A stretch of DNA of 64,000 bases. Source: a virus. The notes under the pieces were generated by a model. It did no database searches. It saw only the letters and a program-made list of their open reading frames with translations, and had not been told where the DNA came from. The stretch is taken from positions 122,276-186,275 of IMG/VR virus record IMGVR_UViG_3300031525_000001; one strand, given 5' to 3'. Both the position numbers and the translations under genes were made by a program. This document shows positions 23,881 to 32,848 of the stretch, in pieces; position 1 is the first letter of the stretch, and each line of letters opens with the position of its first letter.

Positions 23881-24027
23881 ATGGACAACCTAATCATCGC
23901 CTTCCGCCGCGTCTTCAGCCCCGACAAGAAATGCGACACCTGCCGCCGAATATGCGCCGACGTACCCCTGTTCGTTTTCTTTTACAAGGACGGGACGAAA
24001 AAATGCGTTCATGCCGAGTGCAAATAG
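23881..24027 (+). CDS. small Cys-containing hypothetical protein (48 aa)
   Basis: Read manually, CDTCRRIC...CVHAEC. Confidence 0.5.
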   Translation: MDNLIIAFRRVFSPDKKCDTCRRICADVPLFVFFYKDGTKKCVHAECK

Positions 24028-24170
24028 CGATTTTCGAGTATTAGACACCTAGAAATGCATTTTCCGACTATCGAAATGCATGTTTAGGAGATGCACATGG
24101 CAAAAAAGAAGACCACTACCCCCAAAATCAAGAAACAGCGACAGACGAAGTACACAAAACTCGCCCTCGT

Positions 24171-24797
24171 ATGGGCCTTAGCCAGTCGTTTCTCAGCCGC
24201 AACCAGTTGACCCATCAAGAACTCCTATCCGAGGTCGCTCGGTTGGATATGCTGGATCGCAGCCTCAAGGCGGTCAACGACAAGACCCAACCACCCCAGA
24301 ACATCAAGTACGTCTACACGTACCCGCAGTGGGTCTGGAATCCCCCGTACACCTACAACGTTCCGAACAACGGTCAGTGGACGATCACGACTACGCCTAC
24401 TTGGGTCGGCTACAACACGCCGAATACCAGCGGCGGCACTGGTATCGTCAACGGCGGACTCAATGGCGGCAATTTCCAAGGCGGTAGCCTGCTCACCAGC
24501 AATGGCAGCGGCCTAAGCCCCACGGTGAGTTGCACGCTGGCGAACGCTGGGGATGCTTTCACGTTCACCAACAGCGGTAACGTGCAGATCGGCGGCACCC
24601 AGACCACTCCATGCGGCAGCGGCTTGCCTGACGCAGGCACCGTGCTTGCGCTCGACGGTTGCGGCAACGCCAACTGGACGGCGGCACCCAACGACGGGTC
24701 TCTTGTTGTAGACCTGACGACTCACGAGCCGTATGAAGAGTCGGCTAGGTCCGAGGAAATGCCGAAGGTGATGTGCGACGATCTCGTCGAGGCGTAA
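24171..24797 (+). CDS. hypothetical T/N/G-rich protein
   Basis: ORF track; start uncertain. Confidence 0.55.
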   Translation: MGLSQSFLSRNQLTHQELLSEVARLDMLDRSLKAVNDKTQPPQNIKYVYTYPQWVWNPPYTYNVPNNGQWTITTTPTWVGYNTPNTSGGTGIVNGGLNGGNFQGGSLLTSNGSGLSPTVSCTLANAGDAFTFTNSGNVQIGGTQTTPCGSGLPDAGTVLALDGCGNANWTAAPNDGSLVVDLTTHEPYEESARSEEMPKVMCDDLVEA

Positions 24798-24829
24798 CCC
24801 GACTTCCCTTTTCATTGAAGGGGGAATCA

Positions 24830-25192
24830 ATGCACCAACACTTTGAACCCGAGGATCGCCCCCACCGTAGTACAAACCGTGGGGGCGATTCACGTTACTG
24901 GGAACTGTACTGCCGAGGATTCGGGGCCGACCCCGATATCGCACGTTCTCGTCATGAAGAAGATGAGCCCCTTTTCTATACCCGCACCCGCCACGCCCTA
25001 GATTTCAAATGCCAATGCTCCGTTTGCACCCGCAAGTGCACAATCACGATGGATGACGCCAAACTTCTCCGCACAATGGGTATTATGTGGAGAGGACCCC
25101 ATGTTTCTGCTGATGGGAGCGGACGGCTGGATTCGAGCAAGCAAGACACCCGGGAAGCTGGGCGGGCACAGGCAACTCAAAATATACGGTAG
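24830..25192 (+). CDS. hypothetical protein with CxCxxC
   Basis: Promoter motif variant and GGGGG RBS before ATG 24830; 3' end overlaps the Ada-domain gene. Confidence 0.4.
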   Translation: MHQHFEPEDRPHRSTNRGGDSRYWELYCRGFGADPDIARSRHEEDEPLFYTRTRHALDFKCQCSVCTRKCTITMDDAKLLRTMGIMWRGPHVSADGSGRLDSSKQDTREAGRAQATQNIR

Positions 25193-25370
25193 ACTAGACT
25201 GCCCTTCTGCTCTTCGTTTCATCGCCGCAGGACACTACGTAAAACACAGGGTTTTCTTCAAGGATGAAGCCACGGCTATTGCTGCTGGGTTCCGCCCTTG
25301 TGCTAAATGCCTGCCTGAAAAGTACAAGGAGTGGAAATGCCAAACCTCGACGACAACCCGCCCGAGATAG
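25101..25370 (+). CDS. stand-alone Ada metal-binding domain protein
   Basis: KIYGRLDCPS...RVFFKDEATAIAAGFRPCAKC; GAGGA RBS before ATG 25101. Confidence 0.8.
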   Translation: MFLLMGADGWIRASKTPGKLGGHRQLKIYGRLDCPSALRFIAAGHYVKHRVFFKDEATAIAAGFRPCAKCLPEKYKEWKCQTSTTTRPR

Positions 25371-25696
25371 TGTACGGGGAGTTTATTGACGCCTGCAATC
25401 CGAATGACGAGATTGTCGGCAAATCCCTGAAGTACGCTGAGGATGTTCAGAAAGAAGTCATCCTTAAAGTTGCCCGCCAGATCGCGGCGGCGAACGATGA
25501 CGAGGAACAAGCGGGTCTTTTCTTCACGCGGGTCGTCCAAGCCTTTGTCCTGTTGGATCAAATGGCACCTCGGTTTATTGAGTTGGTGGACGAGTACCAC
25601 ATCGGCGAAGACATGCACAAGACGAACTGTCATCTGTGCAGGCTCCACACGGCGGCGGAAGAATACTTGGCCGAGCGAGAGAAGACCAATGTCTGA
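25331..25696 (+). CDS. hypothetical protein
   Basis: ORF track; part of a coupled operon. Confidence 0.6.
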   Translation: MEMPNLDDNPPEIVYGEFIDACNPNDEIVGKSLKYAEDVQKEVILKVARQIAAANDDEEQAGLFFTRVVQAFVLLDQMAPRFIELVDEYHIGEDMHKTNCHLCRLHTAAEEYLAEREKTNV

Positions 25697-25865
25697 GATT
25701 GAAAGATTCCTAGCTCGCTTCCCCGACTACCAGACAACGCCTGCTCAGCTTGCCTTCGCTAAATATTTGGAACAGCAGGGGTTGAGGTTCCTTATTGACT
25801 TTGGTTTTGAGAATGCCGAGCGCATCACTTGGGAACTGATAGAGGTTGATGGGGTACTCCAATGA
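25689..25865 (+). CDS. small hypothetical protein
   Basis: ATG 25689 overlaps the upstream stop region. Confidence 0.5.
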   Translation: MSEIERFLARFPDYQTTPAQLAFAKYLEQQGLRFLIDFGFENAERITWELIEVDGVLQ

Positions 25866-26068
25866 GATTGACACAAGCTCAGCAGAAAAAGATTCTCGAA
25901 ATCAGCGTGAGTGATTTGTATCGGCACGAACGCAAAGCCATCCGCAGGGTGTTCGAAGCCTGTGAGTCAGACCATTACAATGTGTTGGGCTATCGACATG
26001 TGCTCGAACGTGCGACCAAGATTCTCACTCGGGCCGTCGCCGCTATTGAAGCAATGGAAAAAGAATGA
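25862..26068 (+). CDS. small hypothetical protein
   Basis: ATGA coupling on both sides. Confidence 0.55.
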   Translation: MRLTQAQQKKILEISVSDLYRHERKAIRRVFEACESDHYNVLGYRHVLERATKILTRAVAAIEAMEKE

Positions 26069-26841
26069 GCCTTTTCGACGACCAGAATAAGACAGAGATC
26101 ACGAAACAGATCACCGCCGCGTCCTGTTTCTGGCTCGACGAACGCGGAGTTAAGCCCGTCGAAACGGAAGTCGGCGTAGCGGATGGGTGGATCGCTGACA
26201 TCGCGGGAGTTTTGTGCCCTACTGAAACCGAACTGCAAACCCTGAAGCTGATTCGCCGAAAGCCCAAATGGAAGAAACCGCAGGAAGAGAAAGACGCTTG
26301 GCAGGTAGAAGCAAACATCCTAAACCGAATGATGACCGTGATCGTCGAGGTCAAGACTTCACGCGGCGATTTTCGCGGCGACAAGAAGTGGGAGTGGGAA
26401 CCACCAGCAGACCTATGCTGGCTCGCGGCTCCCGCTGGATTGATCGCGGAGACGGAGAGGCCGAAGGGTTGGGGAATTCTTGAGTATAGCCCCACACGGG
26501 ACTGCATGATTAGCCGCCGTGTCCCCGAGGTCAGGACGACCACAGCAGAGAGGCAACGGAATTTGGTTCATGCCGTAGCCTGCCGCCGTGACAATCAGAC
26601 TCGCTATGAGCACCTTCGTCGGCTACAAAAGGAATATCGCGAGGACGACAAGCAGCGCACGTCGCTGACCCGCGTGCAGGATGCCATGCGTGCCGCCCTG
26701 AGCATCGCACGTGGGGAGCATGGATCGGTCGAGGGAGCCCTTGAGTATCACCGCATCAAGCTGAAGGGCGTCTATCAACTGGAAATGCTAGGGCTTACAG
26801 CCCTCTGGGGCGTAGCAAAGAAAGAAACCAATGGCGCGTAA
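26065..26841 (+). CDS. PD-(D/E)xK nuclease, MmcB-like
   Basis: WIADIAG...IVEVKTSRGDFRGDKKW...CWLAAPAGLI...PKGWGIL. Confidence 0.65.
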   Translation: MSLFDDQNKTEITKQITAASCFWLDERGVKPVETEVGVADGWIADIAGVLCPTETELQTLKLIRRKPKWKKPQEEKDAWQVEANILNRMMTVIVEVKTSRGDFRGDKKWEWEPPADLCWLAAPAGLIAETERPKGWGILEYSPTRDCMISRRVPEVRTTTAERQRNLVHAVACRRDNQTRYEHLRRLQKEYREDDKQRTSLTRVQDAMRAALSIARGEHGSVEGALEYHRIKLKGVYQLEMLGLTALWGVAKKETNGA

Positions 26842-26977
26842 AGGACAGCACGGTTCGGTTCAGAACGCCCTCGAATATCACGGCATCGGGCATCCACACG
26901 TTGGGCATCTGCCAGAATACTACATAAAGACGTTGGAGACGCTGTGGGCGATTGTTCCCCCACCCACCATATCATGA

Positions 26978-27364
26978 CTAATACTGCGGATTGCTTGGCG
27001 AAGTATGTGTTTTAGCGCGGGTTTTTCTCATCTTCGCCGTTTTTGTTTTGTGGCAAGGGGTGCATAAAGTTCTCAAGTTCGATGGCTCCCACCAGCTTCC
27101 GCCGTCCACCAGTTCGACGATGTGGTCAACTTCTCGTCCTCGATTTCCGCACAGCACACACGTATAATGATCCCGCCGCCGGATAGTTCTTCTGATGTAG
27201 TTCCAATCAACCATAAGCTTGACATCTTTAAGGCATTTCGGGCCACACCACGCGGTTTTCTTACCCGTCAAGACCGTGCCGCATTTTCGACAAAGCGGAT
27301 GTCCGTCTTCGTTCTTCCTGCGGGGAAAATCGTCCCAAGACAATGCTCCTTTACGCCTAGACAT
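26978..27364 (-). CDS. HNH endonuclease
   Basis: RRDHYTCVLCG...EVDHIVELVDGG...SNLRTLCTPCH. Confidence 0.9.
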   Translation of the reverse strand: MSRRKGALSWDDFPRRKNEDGHPLCRKCGTVLTGKKTAWCGPKCLKDVKLMVDWNYIRRTIRRRDHYTCVLCGNRGREVDHIVELVDGGSWWEPSNLRTLCTPCHKTKTAKMRKTRAKTHTSPSNPQY

Positions 27365-28181
27365 GGAACACCTGCCGCTGTTCTTTTACACACTCAATGA
27401 ATACGGGCAAGGCTTCATCACGCATTCTCCTGATGAAAGGAAGCAAGGCACCCCTCGCCCGATTACATGGATTGCAGGAGACTACGAGGTTCTCAAAACG
27501 ATTGTCGTCCTTAATTTCGTTCAAATGGTCGATGACTATTTCGTCCCAGTCTTGTAACTGTTGAGCACACCAGAAACAGGGATGCGGTCCGACCCCTATT
27601 CTATCGAAAACAACCTTGCGATGTTCATAAAGGCGTCCATTAGACGAGATCAACGGGTGTTCGGCGATTATGACGATGTAACCTTCTTTGTTTTTCCTTC
27701 GCAGCTTTGCTCCTTTTCGGGCAACGCTGCCTGTTCGCCGAAGTCGGCCATAACAGGCTTCACACAACCCCAAACCTACACGGGTTGCCAGTCCGACGCA
27801 CTTCGGTGTGCTGCAAGGTGGATAGTGCCTCGGTCGTTCCCTCTGCAACCGCACCGTATTTGCGGTATAGCAGGTTTTAGAGCAAAATTTTCGATCTCTG
27901 CCTTGCGCGATTTCGTAGGAAAATTCGAGATTACAGACTGGGCAAGTTCGGGTTCTGACGCGACCTCTTTTTGCCTGTTTTCGTTCCTGAGCGCGTTGTT
28001 CTTTGTGTTTAGCTCTGCACTCGGGGGAGCAGTGGAACCTTCGCCCGCCAGTTGGGGCGGTATACGAAAATCCGATGTTACAGGTGATGCACGTTCTTGA
28101 CTGGATTTTTGCCACTCTATATAATACGGACGGTAGTCTTCTTTTTATCGTGACGAATAGTTTTATTTTTGTGGCACGCAA
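27357..28181 (-). CDS. HNH endonuclease with N-terminal zinc-finger repeats
   Basis: Repeated CxxC...CSxxC motifs; YEHR...CFWC...IDHLNEIKDDNRFENLVVSCNPCN. Confidence 0.85.
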   Translation of the reverse strand: MRATKIKLFVTIKRRLPSVLYRVAKIQSRTCITCNIGFSYTAPTGGRRFHCSPECRAKHKEQRAQERKQAKRGRVRTRTCPVCNLEFSYEIAQGRDRKFCSKTCYTANTVRLQRERPRHYPPCSTPKCVGLATRVGLGLCEACYGRLRRTGSVARKGAKLRRKNKEGYIVIIAEHPLISSNGRLYEHRKVVFDRIGVGPHPCFWCAQQLQDWDEIVIDHLNEIKDDNRFENLVVSCNPCNRARGALLPFIRRMRDEALPVFIECVKEQRQVFHV

Positions 28182-28253
28182 GGCACGGGCTGAACGTAAG
28201 AAATTAGCAGAAAAATCCGCATAAATGCGGTATTAGGGAGTAAGGAGATCATC

Positions 28254-28607
28254 ATGGGCGCAAAGTTTTCGGCAATCAAGCAGGGTGAGTTTTTCTACAT
28301 CGACGGCGAAACGTTTAAGAAGACCACGGACATCAGCTATGAAGACACGGCAGGGTTCGAAATCTACCTTGACCCGATTCGCGAAGCCAAGATGACCACC
28401 GTCAATCCCGCAGCGGCAGCAGCGGTTAAACAGGGTAAGGGGCCGCTCATCGACTCACAAGCCTACATCACCGATCCAGCGACCCGCGTGCAGACCAAGA
28501 ACCCGAACTTCGGCAAGAAGATCAAGAAGACGAAGACTCAGGCAGCGGGAGCCGCGCTCACTCAGCCACAACCACCGAAGAAGATTGCCACTCCCAAGAA
28601 GAAGTGA
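28254..28607 (+). CDS. hypothetical protein with a basic C-terminal tail
   Basis: AAGGAG RBS. Confidence 0.65.
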   Translation: MGAKFSAIKQGEFFYIDGETFKKTTDISYEDTAGFEIYLDPIREAKMTTVNPAAAAAVKQGKGPLIDSQAYITDPATRVQTKNPNFGKKIKKTKTQAAGAALTQPQPPKKIATPKKK

Positions 28608-28622
28608 TAAAGTAGGAACTGC

Positions 28623-28877
28623 ATGTGTGAAATTTGCAATCAGATTCCCTGCAAAATGTACGAGGCGTACCAGTCCAAGCCGCCCCGCGAATTTCACTGG
28701 CGTCGGGATTTTTGGTTCCCCATTTACTACTTTTTCTGGCACAACACGTGGTGGTTCCGCCGCATATACTGCAAGCACAACGGCGTCCACTTCTCAGATT
28801 CCAACAAGGGGCCGCACACGATGTGCGCTACCTGTTACAGCAAAGACGTGCCCCAGTGCTGCGGGCAGAGGGCTTAA
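28623..28877 (+). CDS. hypothetical Cys/Trp-rich protein
   Basis: ORF track; CEIC...CATC. Confidence 0.55.
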   Translation: MCEICNQIPCKMYEAYQSKPPREFHWRRDFWFPIYYFFWHNTWWFRRIYCKHNGVHFSDSNKGPHTMCATCYSKDVPQCCGQRA

Positions 28878-29251
28878 TGAGCGTATATCCTCCATACGGT
28901 AGCGGCTTTGGCAAAACGGGCACTACGCTTCCAAGTGGGGAGGTTGTGGTCACGTCTGAAGGTCTTTACGCCAGCACGTGGCTCTCAGTCAGTCGGCATT
29001 CATCGTATTGCACCTGTTCATTCTGTGAGCCGTGGTCGATGAAGACGTACAAGAAACTTCCCAAACCCGGGAGGTTCGGAATCGACGTTCCCGCATCGCA
29101 CAATCCGTACCGCTGGACGCACATTCATCTGCGGTGTGGCAAGTGGATTTACTTCGTAACGTCGCAAATTCAGTTTTTCCCCAGCGTTTGGCCGTTCTTT
29201 CACGCCGAACAATGGGAAGAGAAGACCTGTGAAGTTCAAAGGAGCAACTAA
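28877..29251 (+). CDS. hypothetical protein
   Basis: TAATG coupling at 28877. Confidence 0.5.
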   Translation: MSVYPPYGSGFGKTGTTLPSGEVVVTSEGLYASTWLSVSRHSSYCTCSFCEPWSMKTYKKLPKPGRFGIDVPASHNPYRWTHIHLRCGKWIYFVTSQIQFFPSVWPFFHAEQWEEKTCEVQRSN

Positions 29252-29952
29252 TGGGACGCAACAGCAAACGAAACAAAGCCATCACGAAGATGTACCTCCC
29301 CCGCCTCAAGAAATATTGCGAGGAGCTTGAAGCTCAACTCGAAGCTCTGAAGACAGACCCCAACACAACGCTGGGACAGGTCATCAATCAGGCTCGCGAA
29401 CTTTACACCCAGAACAGCCGTTTGTCGGTGCTCACCGCCGCGTTGCTCGAAGCGCAGGGCAACAAGGTCACGGTCAGCAAAGCTGCGATGGACAAGTTCG
29501 AGAATCACCGCGTCCTCATCAAGTGGGAACTCCCCGAAGGCGTGGAGAAGGCCGAAGACGCCAAGGAATTCGTGTTCATGTACGAGGCAGTCCCGAACCA
29601 GCCTCAGGGTCAACCGATTCAGGTTGGGCCGATGACTCACGCTTCCGTGCCGATCACCCAAGCAGGCATCGAAGGAACCGCTCCCCTCACGGTTGAAGCC
29701 GAGTGCACGTGTCCTGATTACCCCAACACGATGAGTAAAACCTGCCCCGACCACGGCTTGGATGGTGACCCATCGGTAGCTGATCCCGAGTCTGACGGAA
29801 GCAACGAGAACGAGGCCGTTTCGACCGCAGCGGACGCTGGTTGCCCGTATTGCGACGATCCGACCGAGCACAAACACAGCATCGAGGATATCGAAGAGTT
29901 GCAAGCCGATCCACTTCCTGAGTGCGATGTGCATACTCGGACCAAAGCATAA
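29251..29952 (+). CDS. hypothetical protein (coiled-coil N-terminus, CxC/CPDH motifs)
   Basis: TAATG coupling; ORF track. Confidence 0.65.
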   Translation: MGRNSKRNKAITKMYLPRLKKYCEELEAQLEALKTDPNTTLGQVINQARELYTQNSRLSVLTAALLEAQGNKVTVSKAAMDKFENHRVLIKWELPEGVEKAEDAKEFVFMYEAVPNQPQGQPIQVGPMTHASVPITQAGIEGTAPLTVEAECTCPDYPNTMSKTCPDHGLDGDPSVADPESDGSNENEAVSTAADAGCPYCDDPTEHKHSIEDIEELQADPLPECDVHTRTKA

Positions 29953-29976
29953 GTAAAGAAGTGAAAATGTCTAAGG

Positions 29977-30001
29977 TGGGGCTCTGCGGAGCCCCATTTT
30001 T
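29977..30001 (+). terminator. intrinsic terminator
   Basis: TGGGGCTC-TGCG-GAGCCCCA followed by TTTTT. Confidence 0.85.
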
Positions 30002-30072
30002 ATTGGAAAATCCCACACTCCCACCAGTCGTCAAATCTTTCTCTTCTTCTCATCCCTGAAGTAGGGGGCTCT

Positions 30073-30840
30073 GTGAATCTCAAACAGTTCTTCAAGGCTG
30101 AACCAGTTAAAGCCTACTGGTGGAAGGAAGTACCGAACTTCGGCGATGCGTTAGCGCCATATTTACTTGAGCACTTTGCCGACATCAAGGTGGAATGGGA
30201 TACGATTTCGCACTCACAGATCGCATCCATTGGATCGGTTTTAGAGCACATCCCGCCGCTATGGGATGGCTACATCCTTGGCTCGGGCAAATTGCATGAG
30301 GACTCTCGCCTCCAGATCATGCAGATGGGGAAAATCTCGTCGAAAATTCTGGCGTTGCGTGGTCCGTTGTCGGCACGGGGCATCGGGGGGAGTTACGCTC
30401 TGGGCGACCCCGGGATACTAGCGGACGAGTTGGTTGGTGTTCAGCCGAAGCAGTGGGACTTAGGCATCCTTCCGCATTTCATGGATGGGGAGCTTGTAGC
30501 TCGGTTTGCAAAATTGATGCCTGCGGGCACAATTATCAAGGCTATCAACCCCAGCGATGATCCGCTGGAAGTTGTGCGGCAGATCGGCGGATGCCATAGA
30601 ATCGTAACCTCGTCCTTGCACGGCATGATCGTGGCTGACGGCTTTGGGATACCACGTCGCGTGGAGATGTGCTCCGCTTTGAAAAAAGACGGTGGAGACT
30701 TCAAGTTCCGCGATTACAGCGCATCTATCCAGATGAAATGGGAAGCGGGCAAGATGACGGAAGTTTCGCGGTTCCGCGTGGAGGATGTAAAGTTTGCAGT
30801 ATACGACGCCTATCGTGCACTGGGAAAGGCACTAAAATGA
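30073..30840 (+). CDS. polysaccharide pyruvyltransferase family protein
   Basis: PNFGDAL, IGSVL, LRGPLS, GDPG, GILPH, VTSSLHGMIVADGFGIP motifs. Confidence 0.85.
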   Translation: MNLKQFFKAEPVKAYWWKEVPNFGDALAPYLLEHFADIKVEWDTISHSQIASIGSVLEHIPPLWDGYILGSGKLHEDSRLQIMQMGKISSKILALRGPLSARGIGGSYALGDPGILADELVGVQPKQWDLGILPHFMDGELVARFAKLMPAGTIIKAINPSDDPLEVVRQIGGCHRIVTSSLHGMIVADGFGIPRRVEMCSALKKDGGDFKFRDYSASIQMKWEAGKMTEVSRFRVEDVKFAVYDAYRALGKALK

Positions 30841-31745
30841 CTGGGGTAGTGGGTTTGGTAAAGAGGATTGTTATGACTATCGTGAGTTGGGTCGTTTCTC
30901 GGCTGTCCCGTAAGGGGCGGGGGATCAGCATCCTAATTCCGTTCCGTTGCACCGATCCAACGCATCCACGGGTAAAGAACGCGGAATGGCTCAAGCGGTA
31001 TTGGAAGGTCCAGTTGCCCGGGGCACAGATTGTCATGGGCGACGATCCGACCGATCAACTGTTCTCGAAGGCCGTTGCCGTCAACAATGCGGCAGCCAAA
31101 GCTACGGGTGATGTGTTTGTCATTATCGACGCTGACGGCTACATGTCGGCGGACTCGGTTCTTTACTGTGCGGAAGAGATTCGTACTGCTCGCAAGAAAA
31201 ACAAAAAGCTCTGGTTTGTTCCCTACCGTCAATTCTACCGTTTAACCGAGGAAGCCTCTCGCAACCTCCTGCAATCCAATCCTGCGAGCCCATTTCCGTT
31301 CTCCGAACCATTGGCGTCATCCTCCATTCTCGCCTGCGACACCGACCCGAAGGTGGGACATTGGTACGGAGCCATGGTTCAGATCATGCCCCGCGAAGCG
31401 TTTGAGGCTGTGGGTGGCTGGGACGGGCGGTTCCGTGGCTGGGGCGGGGAAGATCATGCCGCGATGCGGGCTATGGACACACTGTACGGGCTGCACAAGA
31501 CGCTGCCGGGTCAAGTCCTGCACATTTGGCATCCGCAGATTGGACCGCAGGGCACCGCCGTATCCGTCCCTTGGAATGAACGTATGTGGGAAGGTCAAGA
31601 CCATCCGGGGATAAACGACCGCCTGTCGTACCTGTACTATGGGGCTTATGGTAGGTTCGATAGGATGCGAAAGCTGGTGGACGGTGGTCATGATGCGCCT
31701 GACGATAAATTGACCCCGATCACTCACCGATCTCAATCGACGTAA
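30837..31745 (+). CDS. GT-A fold glycosyltransferase (GT2/GT7-C-like)
   Basis: ILIPFR, SKAVAVNNAA, DAD (DxD), VGGWDGRFRGWGGED; ATGA coupling at 30837. Confidence 0.85.
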   Translation: MTGVVGLVKRIVMTIVSWVVSRLSRKGRGISILIPFRCTDPTHPRVKNAEWLKRYWKVQLPGAQIVMGDDPTDQLFSKAVAVNNAAAKATGDVFVIIDADGYMSADSVLYCAEEIRTARKKNKKLWFVPYRQFYRLTEEASRNLLQSNPASPFPFSEPLASSSILACDTDPKVGHWYGAMVQIMPREAFEAVGGWDGRFRGWGGEDHAAMRAMDTLYGLHKTLPGQVLHIWHPQIGPQGTAVSVPWNERMWEGQDHPGINDRLSYLYYGAYGRFDRMRKLVDGGHDAPDDKLTPITHRSQST

Positions 31746-31759
31746 TTTCAAACTCTTTA

Positions 31760-31892
31760 GCATACCTTGCTGCCGTAGCTTCTAATGGGCTGCCCCTTCA
31801 GGGTAGAACCGACTGGCACGGTAAGCCATCAAGCGAGATGCTGATTACCTCTCTTAGGCGGAAGTGGCCCTCGCTCCACTTCCGCTATTTTC
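31760..31892 (+). ncRNA. candidate non-coding RNA ending in a terminator
   Basis: No ORF; ends in a GCGGAAGTGG/CCACTTCCGC stem plus a T-rich run. Confidence 0.3.
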
Positions 31893-31920
31893 TTGTTAAA
31901 ATAGTTGTTGCGAATTTCCC

Positions 31921-31946
31921 CGACTTCAAGTATCTACTTTGTGAGC
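31921..31946 (+). promoter_or_regulatory. phage promoter-like motif (CGACTTCAAGTATCTACTTT-GTGAGC)
   Basis: Recurring motif; followed by GTGAGC, as at 58977 (-). Confidence 0.55.
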
Positions 31947-32070
31947 AGGGAAATCCGCTCCTGTTCGTGGTGTAGCCTTGATGGTGTGGGCGGACAGACG
32001 GAACAAAAGACCCAGTGATTCTCCAGTCACAGGTCAGCAATTGTGAGCAAAAGAAGCAGTTTTGTTCTTT
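31941..32070 (+). ncRNA. candidate structured ncRNA
   Basis: Stems GAGCAGG/CCTGTTC, GAACAAAA/TTTTGTTC, GACC/GGTC and GTGA/TCAC; no ORF. Confidence 0.35.
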
Positions 32071-32104
32071 AACCTCAGTACGTTAGCTGAATATGGGAAA
32101 CTAG

Positions 32105-32173
32105 GTTCTCGAACGGACAGCACGCGGTGAACTTACGCCGAGGTCGAGGGTTCGAATCCCTCCGAGGCTCCCA
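32105..32173 (+). tRNA. degenerate tRNA-like element (pseudo-tRNA)
   Basis: Canonical AGGTC-GAGGG-TTCGAAT-CCCTC T-arm and CCA end. Imperfect acceptor, shortened D region, 6-nt anticodon loop; identity not assignable. Confidence 0.4.
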
Positions 32174-32195
32174 AAATTCTCCTCTCTTTATTCCA

Positions 32196-32219
32196 CGACT
32201 TTCAGTATTATTATGTATG
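32196..32219 (+). promoter_or_regulatory. phage promoter-like motif (CGACTTTCAGTATTATTAT)
   Basis: Near-consensus copy directly before ATG 32217. Confidence 0.6.
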
Positions 32220-32783
32220 ATTTACGTAGCTTCTCACGCTGTCGATGGAAAAATTAAGCGATACATCGGACAGACAACTTGGCCTTTGGAAAGGCGACGT
32301 AACCGACATGAGTGTCTTGCCCTTCGCTGCGGTAGTAAGACGTATTTCCACAATGCCCTCAGGAAATATGGTCTAAATTCATTTGAATGGGACGCTCTAA
32401 CTCTCCCCATACAGGACAAGGAAGAACGAAACGCTCAGGAGAAGCTGTTTATCCAATTGTTTCGTTCTCATGATCCCGAATGCGGCTACAACCTCACCCT
32501 CGGAGGCGAGGGCGGAATTCCTACGACGATAACACGTAGAAAATTGAGTGAAGCTAGAAACCGCAGGGTTATAAGTGAGGCAACTCGTCAAAGAACGAGG
32601 CAGTCCATGATGGGTAAGAAGAATGCCCTCGGCGTCGTACAGTCGGAGGAAGCCCGTAGAAATACAAGCTTAGCCCTCAAGGGCAAGCCCAAATCGGAAT
32701 CGCATCGTCGCAACATTGGCATCGCTCGAAAGAAAAAGTTTGACATTTTCCCAACTTCCAGTATCATAAATATTGGCGATTAA
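32217..32783 (+). CDS. GIY-YIG homing endonuclease with NUMOD3-like tail
   Basis: MIYVASH...RYIGQT...R...FHNALRKYG...E...GYNLTLGGEG...HRRNIG. Confidence 0.85.
   Translation: MIYVASHAVDGKIKRYIGQTTWPLERRRNRHECLALRCGSKTYFHNALRKYGLNSFEWDALTLPIQDKEERNAQEKLFIQLFRSHDPECGYNLTLGGEGGIPTTITRRKLSEARNRRVISEATRQRTRQSMMGKKNALGVVQSEEARRNTSLALKGKPKSESHRRNIGIARKKKFDIFPTSSIINIGD
32752..32770 (+). promoter_or_regulatory. phage promoter-like motif (CAACTTCCAGTATCATAAAT)
   Basis: Recurring motif inside the 3' end of the GIY-YIG gene. Confidence 0.5.
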
Positions 32784-32848
32784 ATTTAACCACCCCGAGG
32801 AGAACATCATGTCAAGGACGCTTTAGGAGACCAAAGGAACTCCTCGAC

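Noticed and set aside
24097-24210. Programmed frameshift joining the short basic ORF (MAKKKTTT...) to 24171-24797
   Set aside because: No clear slippery heptamer plus stimulator at the overlap; independent starts are equally plausible.
31941-32173. tmRNA
   Set aside because: No GGGG...G3-U70 alanine acceptor, no CTCCACCA end and no tag ORF; kept only as a degenerate tRNA-like element.
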